DNA from: Sminthopsis crassicaudata
Taxonomy: Eukaryota
Assembly: GCF_048593235.1 (NCBI RefSeq)
Contig: NC_133620.1
Location: 440,849,261 to 440,913,260, forward strand
DNA length: 64,000 bases
Direction of reading: 5' to 3'
Positions 49,819 to 61,057 of the stretch are shown here, piece by piece. Under the pieces are notes generated by a model. That model searched no databases and had not been told where the DNA came from. It saw only the letters and a list, made by a program, of their open reading frames with translations. A program made the position numbers and the translations under genes. Position 1 is the stretch's first letter. Each line of letters opens with the position of its first letter.

Positions 49819-52800
49819 TTTGTCAGAGTAGGAATCGAAGAAAACAAACTGACAAGAGAAACAATTGGTCTGTTTTGCGGGGGATGGGACTGGATGGTCT
49901 TAATGGGCTTTCTCTACAGACTGGGGGTAGGGCAGCAGAGAGCCACTAACAGAACAGCAATGACTGTACTGAGTCTGCGCTCTGAGGCTCCGAGAACGCA
50001 CTGAGTCAGTCCAGGTGGGGGTTGGGGGTGGCCGGGTTCTGAGAGACACTGGCTTTCCGGGGTTTTAATCTTCACCTCCGGTGTTTACACCCTCTCAGCT
50101 GCTCCTAGCTTGCTGCCAAGATGGAGTATCCACACTGGGGAAAAAGTCTTTTCGCAGAAACGGCAGAGATTGTACCCCTCCCCCTCCGGTCTGAGCTGTG
50201 TGAGCTGCCTGTCTTGCTCTGGCTGCCTGCCCTCAGTCTGCGCCCAGTCTGATTGACCCTCCCCCGAGCAAACACAGACCTTTTCTGGCGACCTTCAAGG
50301 ATGTCTTCTCTTGGTGATTATTTGTGGGTTTCTTTCTGGGTCAAGCATTAAGTCTGAGGCTTGTCATGAAGTAAGTTCTGAGAGAAAACGAGGAGCTCAA
50401 GCAGCTGTCTGCCTCCACGCCGCCATCTTGGCCGGAAGTCCGACTCTTGTTTTCTTAAAGACACTAAGTAAATGAAAAGAAGGACAAATAATTTTGAGAG
50501 GAGTTTGATCCATGTTGTCCCCTGAAGTAGAGAGGAGAAAGATTAAGCTTTAGGAAAATCCTCCAACACAGTGAGAATGATTAAAGGGAAATGGGAGCTG
50601 AGATGATATCTCCTGTTTGGAGGGCAAGTATCGAAGTGCCCACTATGAGTCAGGCCTTGTGCCTGCCTGGCTACCTATCCTTCCAATACCTACAATCCAT
50701 CTCTTATCCTCCCTGGGGAGGAACTTTTCAGCTGGGGAAGCTGGGATGGAAGGAAACAACTGAAGCTACCAGGGAACTAATCCAATCTTTAATAATAACA
50801 ACATCTCATATTTCTATACCAGTTACAATCAACAACCCTGTGAGGAGGTAGTGAAAACATTATTCTTCCTATTCTCATTTTACAGATGAGGAAACTCATC
50901 TGCCCATGGTCACAAACAAGTAAGAGGCAGAGCTAGCTAACATTTTACTCAGTCATAATGCTTCCCTCACCTTCTTTCCCTTAACTACAATTTTTTAGAG
51001 AAAATTACCCTAACCTTCCACCCTGGGCTCCCTTTGCTGACAATATCAATTCTGTCATACATTTTCCTTACCCCAAGTTCTTACTATTTCCCTTCTGTCC
51101 TTTATTTAGTTTAGTTCAAGTCAGACCAAGTCAATTAATTTAATTTCAATTCAATTCAAAATATTTATTAAGCTTACTTTATGCCAAAAATTATTTAGGT
51201 GTTAGGGATCCAAAGATGAATAATATGCTTTCTGTGGTCAAGGGATTTACTCATTTAATCTAATAGGGAGAAATAAGAACCATAGTTGAAGAAATATAAT
51301 ATAAAGGAGAAGTGAAAAAGGCAAAACAGCTGGAGTGCTGAACATCTTTGATTTGGAGTAGGGAACTTGATATGAAATCTTTCCTTGACTTCAAGAGATT
51401 TCCAGTTTACAATCCTATGATCCCAGGATAGATACAACTAAGCTCTCTAATGACTAGGGATTATTACATTTTTTGTATTTGTATCTCATGCATCTAGCAC
51501 AGGGCCTGGCACAGAGTGTGAGTTTAATAATGTTTTGTGATGATAGTTAATTCATAGGAAGGAGAGATCAATTTTGGCTAGGAGTCCCCCATCACTTTCT
51601 AGACCACATTAGTCCAGAGTTATCCAAAAATTCAAGAAATTTAATAGAATCATCTATCTCTCTTCCCTTTCTATTCAGCATTTCTCAGTCAGGTCTTTCT
51701 TCCTATCCCTCACTCATTTCACCAAGCTAGGAATAAGTGATCTTCTTGCAACTGAGACTTAACAGGCAATGAACATTTCCTGGTGCTTTAAAATTCTAGG
51801 TTTGAGAAAATTTCAGAAGTATAGAAAGGAGGAAAGGGATTCTTGTTCTCCAATAGCTTCTTGGGGGAAAAAATAGAACAATTGAAATTAGTTGTAGTTG
51901 GAATGGAGAACTAGGAGAAACTTGTGCAAAGGAAAATCTTTTGGGTAGGGAGAGGAAGGGTTGTGCACAGGAAAAGGAAGTTTATCTGAAGGTCTTTTAT
52001 GATTTATGGGAGGGCTGAGCTTCCCCTATGGAAACAGCTTAATCTCTCTTTTTTCTTCCTCAGATAAGAGTTTTAGTTGGGAAAGGAGGTAGATATTTTC
52101 CTTTCTCAGATAAGAGCCTTGAAAGGGAAGGGACCTAGATATCCTAGTTATTCTTTTCTAGGATCTCATATATAAGAGATTCATGGGTTTGCATCATTTC
52201 CCTGTCTCTAAAAACTATGAACCATGGGATGTACCAGGAGTCTGTGAATACACACAGTACCTGGACTCACTAGATTATCAAGGAGAAGGTGGTGCTTCCT
52301 TAAGTCCCTTTTCATAATCCTCAGCCCCTTTGCAGAGACATCAGGGAATATGAGGCAAAAGAAGTGGAAACCCTCTGGTTCTTTTTCTTTTTGACTCTCT
52401 CAGTGGGATGGAGAGTATGTTCACGGAAGACTAGCGTCTCTGATATAGGAGCTTGCTGAGCTTTTTTTAGGGTTACTCATCCCATTTTTGTGTCCATCTG
52501 CCACCCAACTGTCACCTATGGCTACAAGAAAGTGTAACATGTATAGCATCCACAACCCAATAAAACTGGGTCAGCAGACTAGCTAAACCAGGTAGAGGGG
52601 AGCTGACAAGCTTCAAACCCATCACTAACTTAGGGGGATGTCTACTCCCAAGCATAAGGTGGAATGGGTGGATGAGGACGCTTTTTTCCAACAGCCATTA
52701 AGATGGCTGAAGCTGGTAGGTGCCAAGGTCATCCATTACATCTTGCCCATCACTAGTCTTCTTGACTATTGTCTTGACACTGAAGTTTGAGGATTCTGGA

Positions 52801-53252
52801 AGCAGCTGATGACTTTGTAAAAATCTGTCTCCCTTAAGGACATCAACCCATGATATCACTGGTTCTCTCTGAAATTGAATGACAAACAATATCTCTCTCA
52901 GTGGTCTTCTTTTCTTATGTCTATCCACTCCATTACATGAAGTTTAAGAGGTTAAAAATATTACAAATCTAGACCTGAAAAGGATCTTGAAGGTCATCTA
53001 AGCTCTTCATTTCAGGGAATGTGAGGGAAAAGAAGGGGGAATGATTGATTTGGTTCTTTTCCTTTGGATTATCTTTCTTAATGTCTTTCTTTCCTTATTC
53101 CCCACCTACTTCACCAAGTTGGGTTGGAGAGGTTAAAAATATTATAAATCTTGAGATCTGAAAGTAATTTTGTATTACATCACCATACTAAGTATATAAG
53201 TATATGAGATAACCATGGTCTCATCAATTCCTCTGAGTTAACCCCTTGTTTC

Positions 53253-53401
53253 TTTTTTTTTTCCTCCTGAGGCAATTGGGGTTAAGTGACTTGCCCAGGG
53301 TCACACAGCTAAGACGTGTTAAGCATTAGAGACTAGATTTGAACTCGGGTCCTCCTGACTTTAGGGTTGGTTCTCTCTCCACTACACCACCTAGCTGCCC
53401 C
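53253..53401 (-). mobile_element. WSINE1-like SINE
   Basis: 14-bp TSD TAACCCCTTGTTTC at 53239-53252 and 53402-53415; full tRNA-derived head and T tail. Confidence 0.92.
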
Positions 53402-53647
53402 TAACCCCTTGTTTCAAGTATACTTCTCCAGAGTTCTGGCTCTCTACAATTTTGGAGGTCATATAAGGTCCTCATTTCAAAGATGAGGTAGCTGAGATGC
53501 AGAGAGAGATTCATGCAGGTTCAAACTGGGATCCTATGATTCTAGATACAGTGCTCTTTCCACAAGTGAATAATTGCTCTCAATTGAATCTTATTATAGG
53601 GCTATGTGCATTTTATTTGTGCTTTACAATTTAAAATGGCTAAGAAG

Positions 53648-53771
53648 TAGAGCCCAGACCTGAAGTCAGAAGGACCCTTGTTCAAATCTGACCTCAGATA
53701 CTTAACACTTCTTGGCTGTGTGACCCTGAGTGAGTCACTTAACCCCGATTGCCTCGGGGGGGGGGGGGGAA
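53648..53771 (+). mobile_element. 5'-truncated WSINE1-like SINE with G-rich tail
   Basis: TSD GGCTAAGAAG at 53638-53647 and 53772-53781; body ...gttcaaatctgacctcagatacttaacactt...aaccccgattgcctc followed by G14. Confidence 0.85.
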
Positions 53772-56422
53772 GGCTAAGAAGAATAGACAGTACTGGGAAG
53801 GAAAAGAGGTCCTTGCTTCGTTGAACACTATCCCCATCCCCTCAAGTAGAGGCAAAGGTGATACTGGATAGCAGTAAAGAGGAGGAGACTTCAAGGGAAA
53901 ATACTTTGTTTAGGACTATGGGAAATGACCTCTGTGCAGGAGGGAAAAGGAAGCATCATTGAAGATCTTTTGTATTTCTTGAGAGTGACCATCCTTCAGT
54001 GAAATAGCTGAATCTCTCTGTTTCCTAATATAGACAACAGGCATTGGCTGGGAGTCCATAAATCATAGCTCTTCCTTCTCTCCATCTCCCATTTCCAAAG
54101 GACAGAACCCCAGAAGCAAAGACTCAGATTTAGAAAAGGACCTTAGTACCAATATAGTCCAAGCTGGCACAGACTTAACAAGTAATCACTGAGCTTTTGC
54201 TTGAAGACCTAAAGTGAGGGAGGAATCTGCCACCTCCTGCGGCAGCCTGTTCTATTTTGGGATAGCCCTGTCTGGAGGTATATCTTTGCACCAAATCTAA
54301 AATTTCCACCTTTGTACCTTCTGCTTATCATTTATAGTTCCAACTTCTGGGACTAAGCAGGGTGAGTCTGACACATGACAAGCCTTTAAATACTCTCAAA
54401 TAAAACAAAACAACAACAAAATAAAACACACTTGGAAAATCAGCTATTATCTAGGGCTGGGTCCCCCTATCTGTAAAAATGAAGTAGGTACTATTGAACA
54501 ATCATAGCATTAGGAGTCAGAGGCTCTTCAGATCCTCATTTGCCTCTGTAGAATTTTGGAGAAATCATATGACCTCCCTAGGCCTTAGTTTCTTTTTCTG
54601 TGCAATGAGATGTTTGGACAAAGCCCACTTCCATGGTTTCCTGAGGCTAAACAGAAATGGTTCATTCCGTGGCCTATATCTCTTGTCTTTCCTTTAACAC
54701 ATCTTTCTCTTTGACATTTTCTCAACATCCTTAATTTATTATGATTGTCCTCTTTTGGATGTTCTTCAGTTTATTGATGTCCTTATTAAAATCTGGTGTC
54801 CAGAACTGAACAAATAAATGCTCTATTCAATCTAGACCACCTCAGAACAATGGGACACTTTGGTCTGAATAGGTGACTTTAACATTATAAGAACTTGCCA
54901 GGTGGAACTCCTTCGAATGATAAAATAGCATTTATAGAGCTTTTTAAGATTTGCAAATTTCTTTGCAAACACTTCACTATTCTGTAACCTATTGATTATG
55001 TAGATCTGGCTAGTGCAGAGATTATAAAACTAGTACTGGGGTCAGGCAGGGGTGGGAGCCCAGGCCCTCCTGACTTGAGGACCCTATGTGCCTCTCAGTC
55101 TGTTGGGCTGAATTTTCCCTATACACCAGACATAATAGTACTCGGGCTCATGTATTACATGTACTTCTTGTCCCATGTCAGGCGCACACCCTATGTCCTG
55201 CTCTTGTCCTTGCCCCTCCCCTCAGATCCCAGGAAAACAAACTACAGAAAAGATTTTTCCATCAACTCTGACCTAGTTCTCTTGTCACAGTGGGGAGGAG
55301 CCTCCAGCTCTACCTGAGGGAGTAGACCGGGAGGGATGGTTTCAGGTAGCTCTGTGTTGACTGGGATCAACAGACACACAAGGAGAAAGGATGAGACAGA
55401 GGCAGCGGAGGCCCATGAAGCGGTCTGTCTCCCCAGCTCGTTTCCATGGTTATTGGCAGTTTTTCGTTTTTAGATGGGTTTAGAAGGTTGAGCCTCAGAA
55501 TAGGGGGTCTTGGACCAGGATTATCATATGAAAATATAATTGGACAAAACCAAAGTCTGGCAATTTGGTCCCCAGAGCTCAGCATACCCTCTTGGTCTCT
55601 CTTCTGAAAATGAGGGAAACACAGGCACACAATATATTGAATACCTAATGGGAAAAGATCAAGGATAGCAATGGGGAGGAAAAAGAACTGGTGAATCTGA
55701 GTTGCATAGTATCATCTAAAATTGTCTTAATTCTTTAAAAGATCCAATCTCCAAATTGAGCTATTCTCTGCATAGTTTACTTTTAAAAAATCCAAAAAAG
55801 AAAAATCCAGAACTAATGACTTCTTTTCCTTTAAGACCCACAATTCAGGTCTATTTTAAACCAGTAAAAGGAAGTTTCACTTCACAAAATTAACAACTGG
55901 GAATGGTCAAAGTTGTTATTATGGCAGAGAAACATGGTCTAAATTATTGTAAGAAACCCATCTTATTGATTCATTGTAAACAAATGCTCTGTACTAAATT
56001 GTCCTGCATACACATGCATTATATTTGTCCTTATTGTGAACACAAAAGGATTCATTTTAGTTTTTGTCATTACCTCAACCAACATAATTAAACATTATGT
56101 CTCGGCCTAAATTGGAAGTCATACTAAAAGTGGCATAGTATTGGCGAGATTTTCAAACAATTGTAAGGGTGTTGAAATCTGTTTTACCTAAACAAGATCT
56201 TTATTTTTTAAAGCCAATGGTATATATAGATAGGCTCACCCATATGTTCAAATACTCTTATCCAGTCAATAACTTAGATATTCTGTGGAACAGTGTTTAA
56301 AGATTGGAGTGTAGAAACCAAATACTCTCTTTAAACAAACCCCCCCTCCCTTCCCTGGGCCCTGCCAAAGATCCTCTACCCAATAAAGCAAATAAAAACT
56401 TTTCTCTTTAAAAAATTTTATT

Positions 56423-56428
56423 TTTATT
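56423..56428 (-). terminator. TXNIP: TXNIP polyadenylation signal AATAAA (3'UTR about 1.37 kb)
   Basis: tttatt on +, adjacent to a U-run in the mRNA. Confidence 0.75.
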
Positions 56429-56615
56429 AAAAAAAAAAAAAAAACCTCCTCCAAGGAGTTGAAAATATCTCTGATAAAAGTACAAAATATAATTTTTAAC
56501 ATACAAAAAGATACACATTTTAAAAAATCAAACCAAAACCACTTTCAGTTCATTTTCTAGTTGTACAGTTCACAGATAAGAGTGGGGCTCAGTGCTTTGA
56601 CACAAGACAGTAGAG

Positions 56616-57121
56616 AAAGTGCTGATTGCTTAGAACAATTCATTGAGTGGCAAGGGATAAGGAAGAAAGGAGTTGTTTAAAACTCCTAACACTGGGAGTA
56701 TATTCTGGGGTGGCAAAATTGCAGGATTCTGATTTGCTTTCCCAAGAGGTTCTTTCAGCATTCTACAATCCCAGCTTTGAAAGTGTTTTGGTAGACAGTT
56801 TGCTGAGCAAGGGACCGGAAGTCCCCTTTCTTATTAAGTACTGTGGTCAATGTTCAGTCTTACTCTTGGGAAGCTACTGGTAATGACAAAAACCATCAAT
56901 TTTCTCCTGCCCACCCCAGAAACAAAGAGGATCTTTTTAAGTTTAATGCTTAGGGACTAGGAGGAAAATCCCCAACGGAAAACAAAAGAATAAAAGTGCT
57001 AAGAACAATACTTCAGAACGAACTCCAAAGGAGTTTTTAAGATATTTTGTGCCTTCCTCCTCCTACCAACACTGAACCCAAACTCTTAAGAAAACCTCAT
57101 TAAGAGGAAGAACAAAGTGCT
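56616..57121 (-). promoter_or_regulatory. TXNIP: Three AGCACTTT miRNA seed matches in the TXNIP 3'UTR (miR-17/20/93/106 and miR-302/372 families)
   Basis: aaagtgct on + at 56616-56623, 56993-57000 and 57114-57121. Confidence 0.7.
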
Positions 57122-57773
57122 TAGCCACAGGCTTTCACCAGCCTCCCTCTCAAGGGGTCTGTTTTGCCTTTGCTTTGAAACAAGGATAATGTGTCAGCTG
57201 AGAAGTGGATCACTTCCCTTTTAATAGGAAAAATTTCTACAAGAACTGGGAGCACCTTTAAACATCTATAGAGTGAGAGGATATGTGGGAAGGGCTATAC
57301 TGATTTCAGGCGCCTCTTCTTCCCACCAAACATTTGGCCATTATTTCTATAAAATGTTTTCCCAGCTCATTAAATCACCTTTGTCTGGTTCCTCAGAAGC
57401 CAACTTATTGTGATTCCCTGAGGTCTTGGGAAGACCAATCTAGAGGCTATCCCAATCCTGAATCCAAACTACTGAAAACCTCTCATAATTCAGGGTAATT
57501 CTGAGCAAAGAGGTCACTTAACAGAGTCCCAACCTCCCACAAACCAGCAAACACCCTCTACGAAACAACAGCAAGACTGGCTGAGAGAGTGGACGCACTT
57601 TGGCGTCTCTTTTAAGACATGACTGCCTGCTGATCTCTTAACATCAGGGAGACAGAGGTGAAGGTGAACCCGTCCCCACAGTGCGCAGAAACCATTATGC
57701 TTTTGAAAAAGCGAGTCACGGAAAGGCAGAAAGAAACAGGTAAATAAACTTCTGCTTCTCTTCTTTGGTTCAT

Positions 57774-60522
57774 TCACTGCACGTTGTTGTTGACAATGCA
57801 GGGATCCACCTGGAATAACAAAATCAAAGATGGCTTTAGATTTAGAGGATGGGAGAAGGGGAGTCAGGAGAATATTTCAGTTGGGAGCAGCCCTCCCCAC
57901 CTTTACTCAACCAAGGTAATCATGCTCACCTCAGTATAAGTGGGTGGAGGCATAAACTTGAACTCAGATGCATACATAAAGATGGGGCTGTCCAGGGAGC
58001 TATCATCAAGGAGAGGAGTGGTAGGGCTCTCCAGTCTGTGATCTTCAGGAATGATATCCATGTAGCAAGGAGGCGCTGCAGAGAGAAAATGGAGTCATCA
58101 ACAACCCCAACCAACCAAATTCTGACTTCCAGGGAATCCTTAATGGAAAAAAGGGGGGATGGGGGTGGGTGTCTAAGCTAACTCACCTTCTGGGGCGTCA
58201 GGGATGTTTAGATCCACCCAACTCATTTCAGAGCTGGTTCGGCTAGCCATGCTAGATGTCCGACTACTGAGCCCCGACTTGCTGCCAATGACCAGGGGTA
58301 GATCAAGGATGATTTTCTTAGATCCAGGGACGCTGACATAAATCTACAGGGAAGATAAAAATTGTTGGTTATACCAGAGAGCCATGAAATACAATATTGC
58401 TAGCTTCAAGGACTGATTTACTCTAATGGCCATGACAGTTTTACTCACTCACCAATAAAGAGTATTCAACCCGAAGGATGTTGCAGCCCAGGATGGAGGG
58501 TTTAATCTTCTGCACACGAAGGCTTTTGCCACGCCATGATTCGCAGGTGCCAGAAATGATATGGTTGCCTCGAACAGAGGACAGCTTTTGGGTCAACACC
58601 TTGGTCTGGCCATTAGCCAGGTAAGTGTGGCGGGCTACAATAGCAGCCTTGGGCACGATGATGCGGGAACAAGTATTCTCAAAGTCAGCATTGATAGAGA
58701 TTTCATCACCTGACAAAAGAATCCATTTTTGTTACTAAAAATCGTGTAGTTGATTATTTATGGTCCACAACCTTTCTCCCACACTAGGCAATTCCTGCTT
58801 TTCCCAAGCCCAGGCTTCTCTTACCTTCACAAAATCCTTTTCGGTCAATCCGGGCAGAGACAGATACTCTCCCATCAGGAATAAACAGGCAAGAAACCTT
58901 TTTCTCCTTCTTGGCAGACACAGGTGCCTGAATAGGATGAAATAAAGAAATCCTTGTTAATGTTTCTGAGAATTGCCAAGATGGCCCCTGTTTTTGATTA
59001 TGAGGACTTCCATCTCCTGCAATAATACTGTAATATAAATCATGTCTTATCATCCCATGCCATAACTATAATCTCCTCTAAGCTCTCCTTGGACATTTCC
59101 TTATCAATAGCTATGTTATGATAACAGGGTTCTGTAAGATGTAGTAAGCTACACTGCTCTGGGAAAAAAACAGGAATTCCCCCTCCTATTTTCTTCTAAG
59201 AGTTAAAATTTTTATTCATTTTCATTTTAAGCTAAAGACTAGATTCTTAACTTCAGTATAAGCCTTGTTAAGAAATGGGGGGAGGAGGATCCCTGCCTCC
59301 TAAGGTCCCTCAGTACCCAGGACTTAAGCCTATTGGGAAAGCTCACCATCAAATCAGGGGTATTGACATCCACTGGATCCATCACTTCGAAGTATTTCTT
59401 GGTTTCTTGAGTTGGGTGGCTGGGGCGGTCAAGGAAAGCCTTTACCCAATAGTCCACACAGCCATACTTCCCCTTGAATGAGGTTCCCAGAGGTCTGTAG
59501 TGGAATAAAAGGGACAATTCCTTTTAGATTACTCATCTTTGGAACATAGATGCTTATGAGAGGTTTTTAAAAAGAGAATAAGAAGCAGAGTTAAGACCTA
59601 CCCCTGGGGAAGTTCAAAGCCGAACTTGTACTCGTATGTATTTCCAGGTCTCAGGATCACAGACTCATCATTAGCTGGAGAGGAAAAAAAAAATGCACCA
59701 TTAGACTTATTAAAAACTGATACTGATCTTAAACAGTGGATACATTTTCTGAAATTAACCAGGGTGCTTAAATATCCCAAAAGGAAAGATGGTTGGTCTG
59801 GGAAGAAGAAGCCCTGACTCCCGACACTCAAGCCAAAGGGAATCTGTTAGTTTCACCTTTAACACTTAAGATTTAATTAAACTAACTCCCTTCCAGATCA
59901 CCCAAGTATCACAGCGCAAAGGAGCTGCAGGCTGGAATACTCCTCTTTTTGCCAGAGAGAAGGACGGTTTAGGAAAGGGTTTCAAATAGAACATTGCAGC
60001 CGAGATGGGGGCTGGGAACGATGTCTATTTTGCCAGATGGAAGGAGGAAGGTTTTTAGTTAAGCACCCGACCCCAGGTAAGGGTATCACATGGAATATTG
60101 CAGCTGGGATGGGGGGATGCAGGGAGTGGTACCTGATTTGCCAGATGTTAGGATAATGATTCAGAGCAGACCCTCCCCCTTCCTCTCGCACTCCCAAAGC
60201 AAAAGTCTGGCTGGAACCCATTCCCTTAAGCTCCCTAACAGCTGGGGCTCCCCACCCTCCGAGTGCCCTTACCGGCGGGCTGGTCTTCCAGGAGCAGCGT
60301 GTCTTCGTAGCGCAGGTACTCCATCGCCTGCTTGCACTGCTGTGAGCCCTGCATCCACAGGACTTTGGCCACCCCGCAAGCCAGGATCCTCACAGATTTG
60401 ACGCGGGTCACCTCGCACACCTCGACCACCACCCGGCCAGCCACCTTCTCCCCACTGCAATAGACCTTGTCGGGGTCGCTGAATACCACCTCCAAAGTCT
60501 TGATTTTCTTAAACATCACCAT
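57774..60522 (-). CDS. TXNIP: Thioredoxin-interacting protein (alpha-arrestin), 8 coding exons, 389 aa
   Basis: Exons 60273-60522, 59602-59674, 59347-59494, 58825-58927, 58453-58709, 58187-58343, 57930-58075, 57774-57809 (1170 nt, GT-AG). MVMFKKIKTLEVVFSDPDKVY...; thioredoxin-binding Cys in HIISGTCESWRGK; SRTSSMASRTSS phospho-region; PPCY and PPPTY (PPxY) motifs; PLL dileucine; ends VDPCIVNNNVQ*. Confidence 0.99.
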
Positions 60523-60906
60523 GGTTGAGGCTTGGTTTACTCAGACAATAGGGGAGACAACGAATGAATCTCTTTGGAGTGCCAAAGAAAGATCGAACCT
60601 TTTCGGTGAAGTTGAGAATATTTCGCTTTCCCTAGTCCGGGTGGACTTGGGGGCTAACAATTTTATTCTAAGAAATTGAAGAGCCCCTTCTCCAAAATCA
60701 GCCTGCGCTAATTTTCGGAAAGTCGAAAAGAAAACGTTAGATTCCTCACTAATGTAAAGAGACTTCGAAAGGATAGAAAATCTTTTTTGTCTCAGTCCAA
60801 AAGGAGGTTTGAGGTATCCCCCTCCCCAAAAATTTCAAAGGGCGAGAGAATTGAAGTCCTACTGGAGAGCTCTAGGGATTGACTCTGCGAAGAGGCGGAA
60901 ACAGCC

Positions 60907-60913
60907 TTATATA
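60907..60913 (-). promoter_or_regulatory. TXNIP: TXNIP TATA box (TATATAA)
   Basis: About 385 nt upstream of the ATG, immediately downstream of the ChoRE and CCAAT elements. Confidence 0.85.
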
Positions 60914-60954
60914 GGGCTCTGGCAGTCTGGGCCACGCGAGGGCCTGCGAGGTGG

Positions 60955-60971
60955 CTCGTGCTGTCCTCGTG
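60955..60971 (-). promoter_or_regulatory. TXNIP: TXNIP proximal carbohydrate response element (ChoRE-a) CACGAG-GACAG-CACGAG
   Basis: Two CACGAG half-sites with a 5-nt spacer, the known MondoA/ChREBP:Mlx element of mammalian TXNIP. Confidence 0.92.
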
Positions 60972-60983
60972 CACAATCTTCCC

Positions 60984-61023
60984 ATTGGCTGCCTTTTCCT
61001 TGTTTACTAGGGATGCAGCCAAT
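60984..61023. promoter_or_regulatory. TXNIP: TXNIP CCAAT (60984-60988), FOXO GTAAACA (61001-61007) and inverted CCAAT (61019-61023)
   Basis: Exact motif matches in the order known from eutherian TXNIP promoters. Confidence 0.85.
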
Positions 61024-61040
61024 CAGAACGCGGCCTGGGG

Positions 61041-61057
61041 CGCGTGGACACAGTGTG
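61041..61057 (-). promoter_or_regulatory. TXNIP: TXNIP distal ChoRE-b CACACT-GTGTC-CACGCG
   Basis: Two E-box-like half-sites with a 5-nt spacer next to the inverted CCAAT. Confidence 0.8.

Larger units (their letters stand above)
44021..50441 (-). mobile_element. Full-length young LINE-1 (about 6.42 kb)
   Basis: 15-bp TSD GACTCTTGTTTTCTT at 44006-44020 and 50442-50456. 5' end GGACTTCCGGCCAAGATGGCGGC with a YY1 site. About 620-bp 5'UTR, ORF1, about 450-bp spacer, ORF2, 3'UTR and A-rich tail. Target reads TT/AAGAAAA on -, an L1 endonuclease-like site. Confidence 0.98.

Noticed and set aside
49076-49831. 251-aa + strand ORF antisense to L1 ORF1
   Set aside because: Shadow of the A-rich coiled-coil codons (Phe/Ser/Leu-rich), common on L1 antisense strands; not a primate-type ORF0, which lies in the 5'UTR.
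52059-52143. Two AGATAAG GATA motifs in a 46-bp imperfect duplication
   Set aside because: Short local duplication with no supporting motif context; too weak to call.
53456-53471. DR4-like AGGTCA-tata-AGGTCC (LXR/TR element)
   Set aside because: Lies in a degenerate MIR-derived segment where AGGTCA is part of the repeat consensus; a chance match is likely.
58618-58626. Perfect antisense splice donor CAG|GTAAGT inside TXNIP exon 5
   Set aside because: It is forced by the His-Thr-Tyr-Leu codons of TXNIP, and no linked antisense exon could be supported. The ACTTACCTGG match to the U1 5' end is not a U1 gene.
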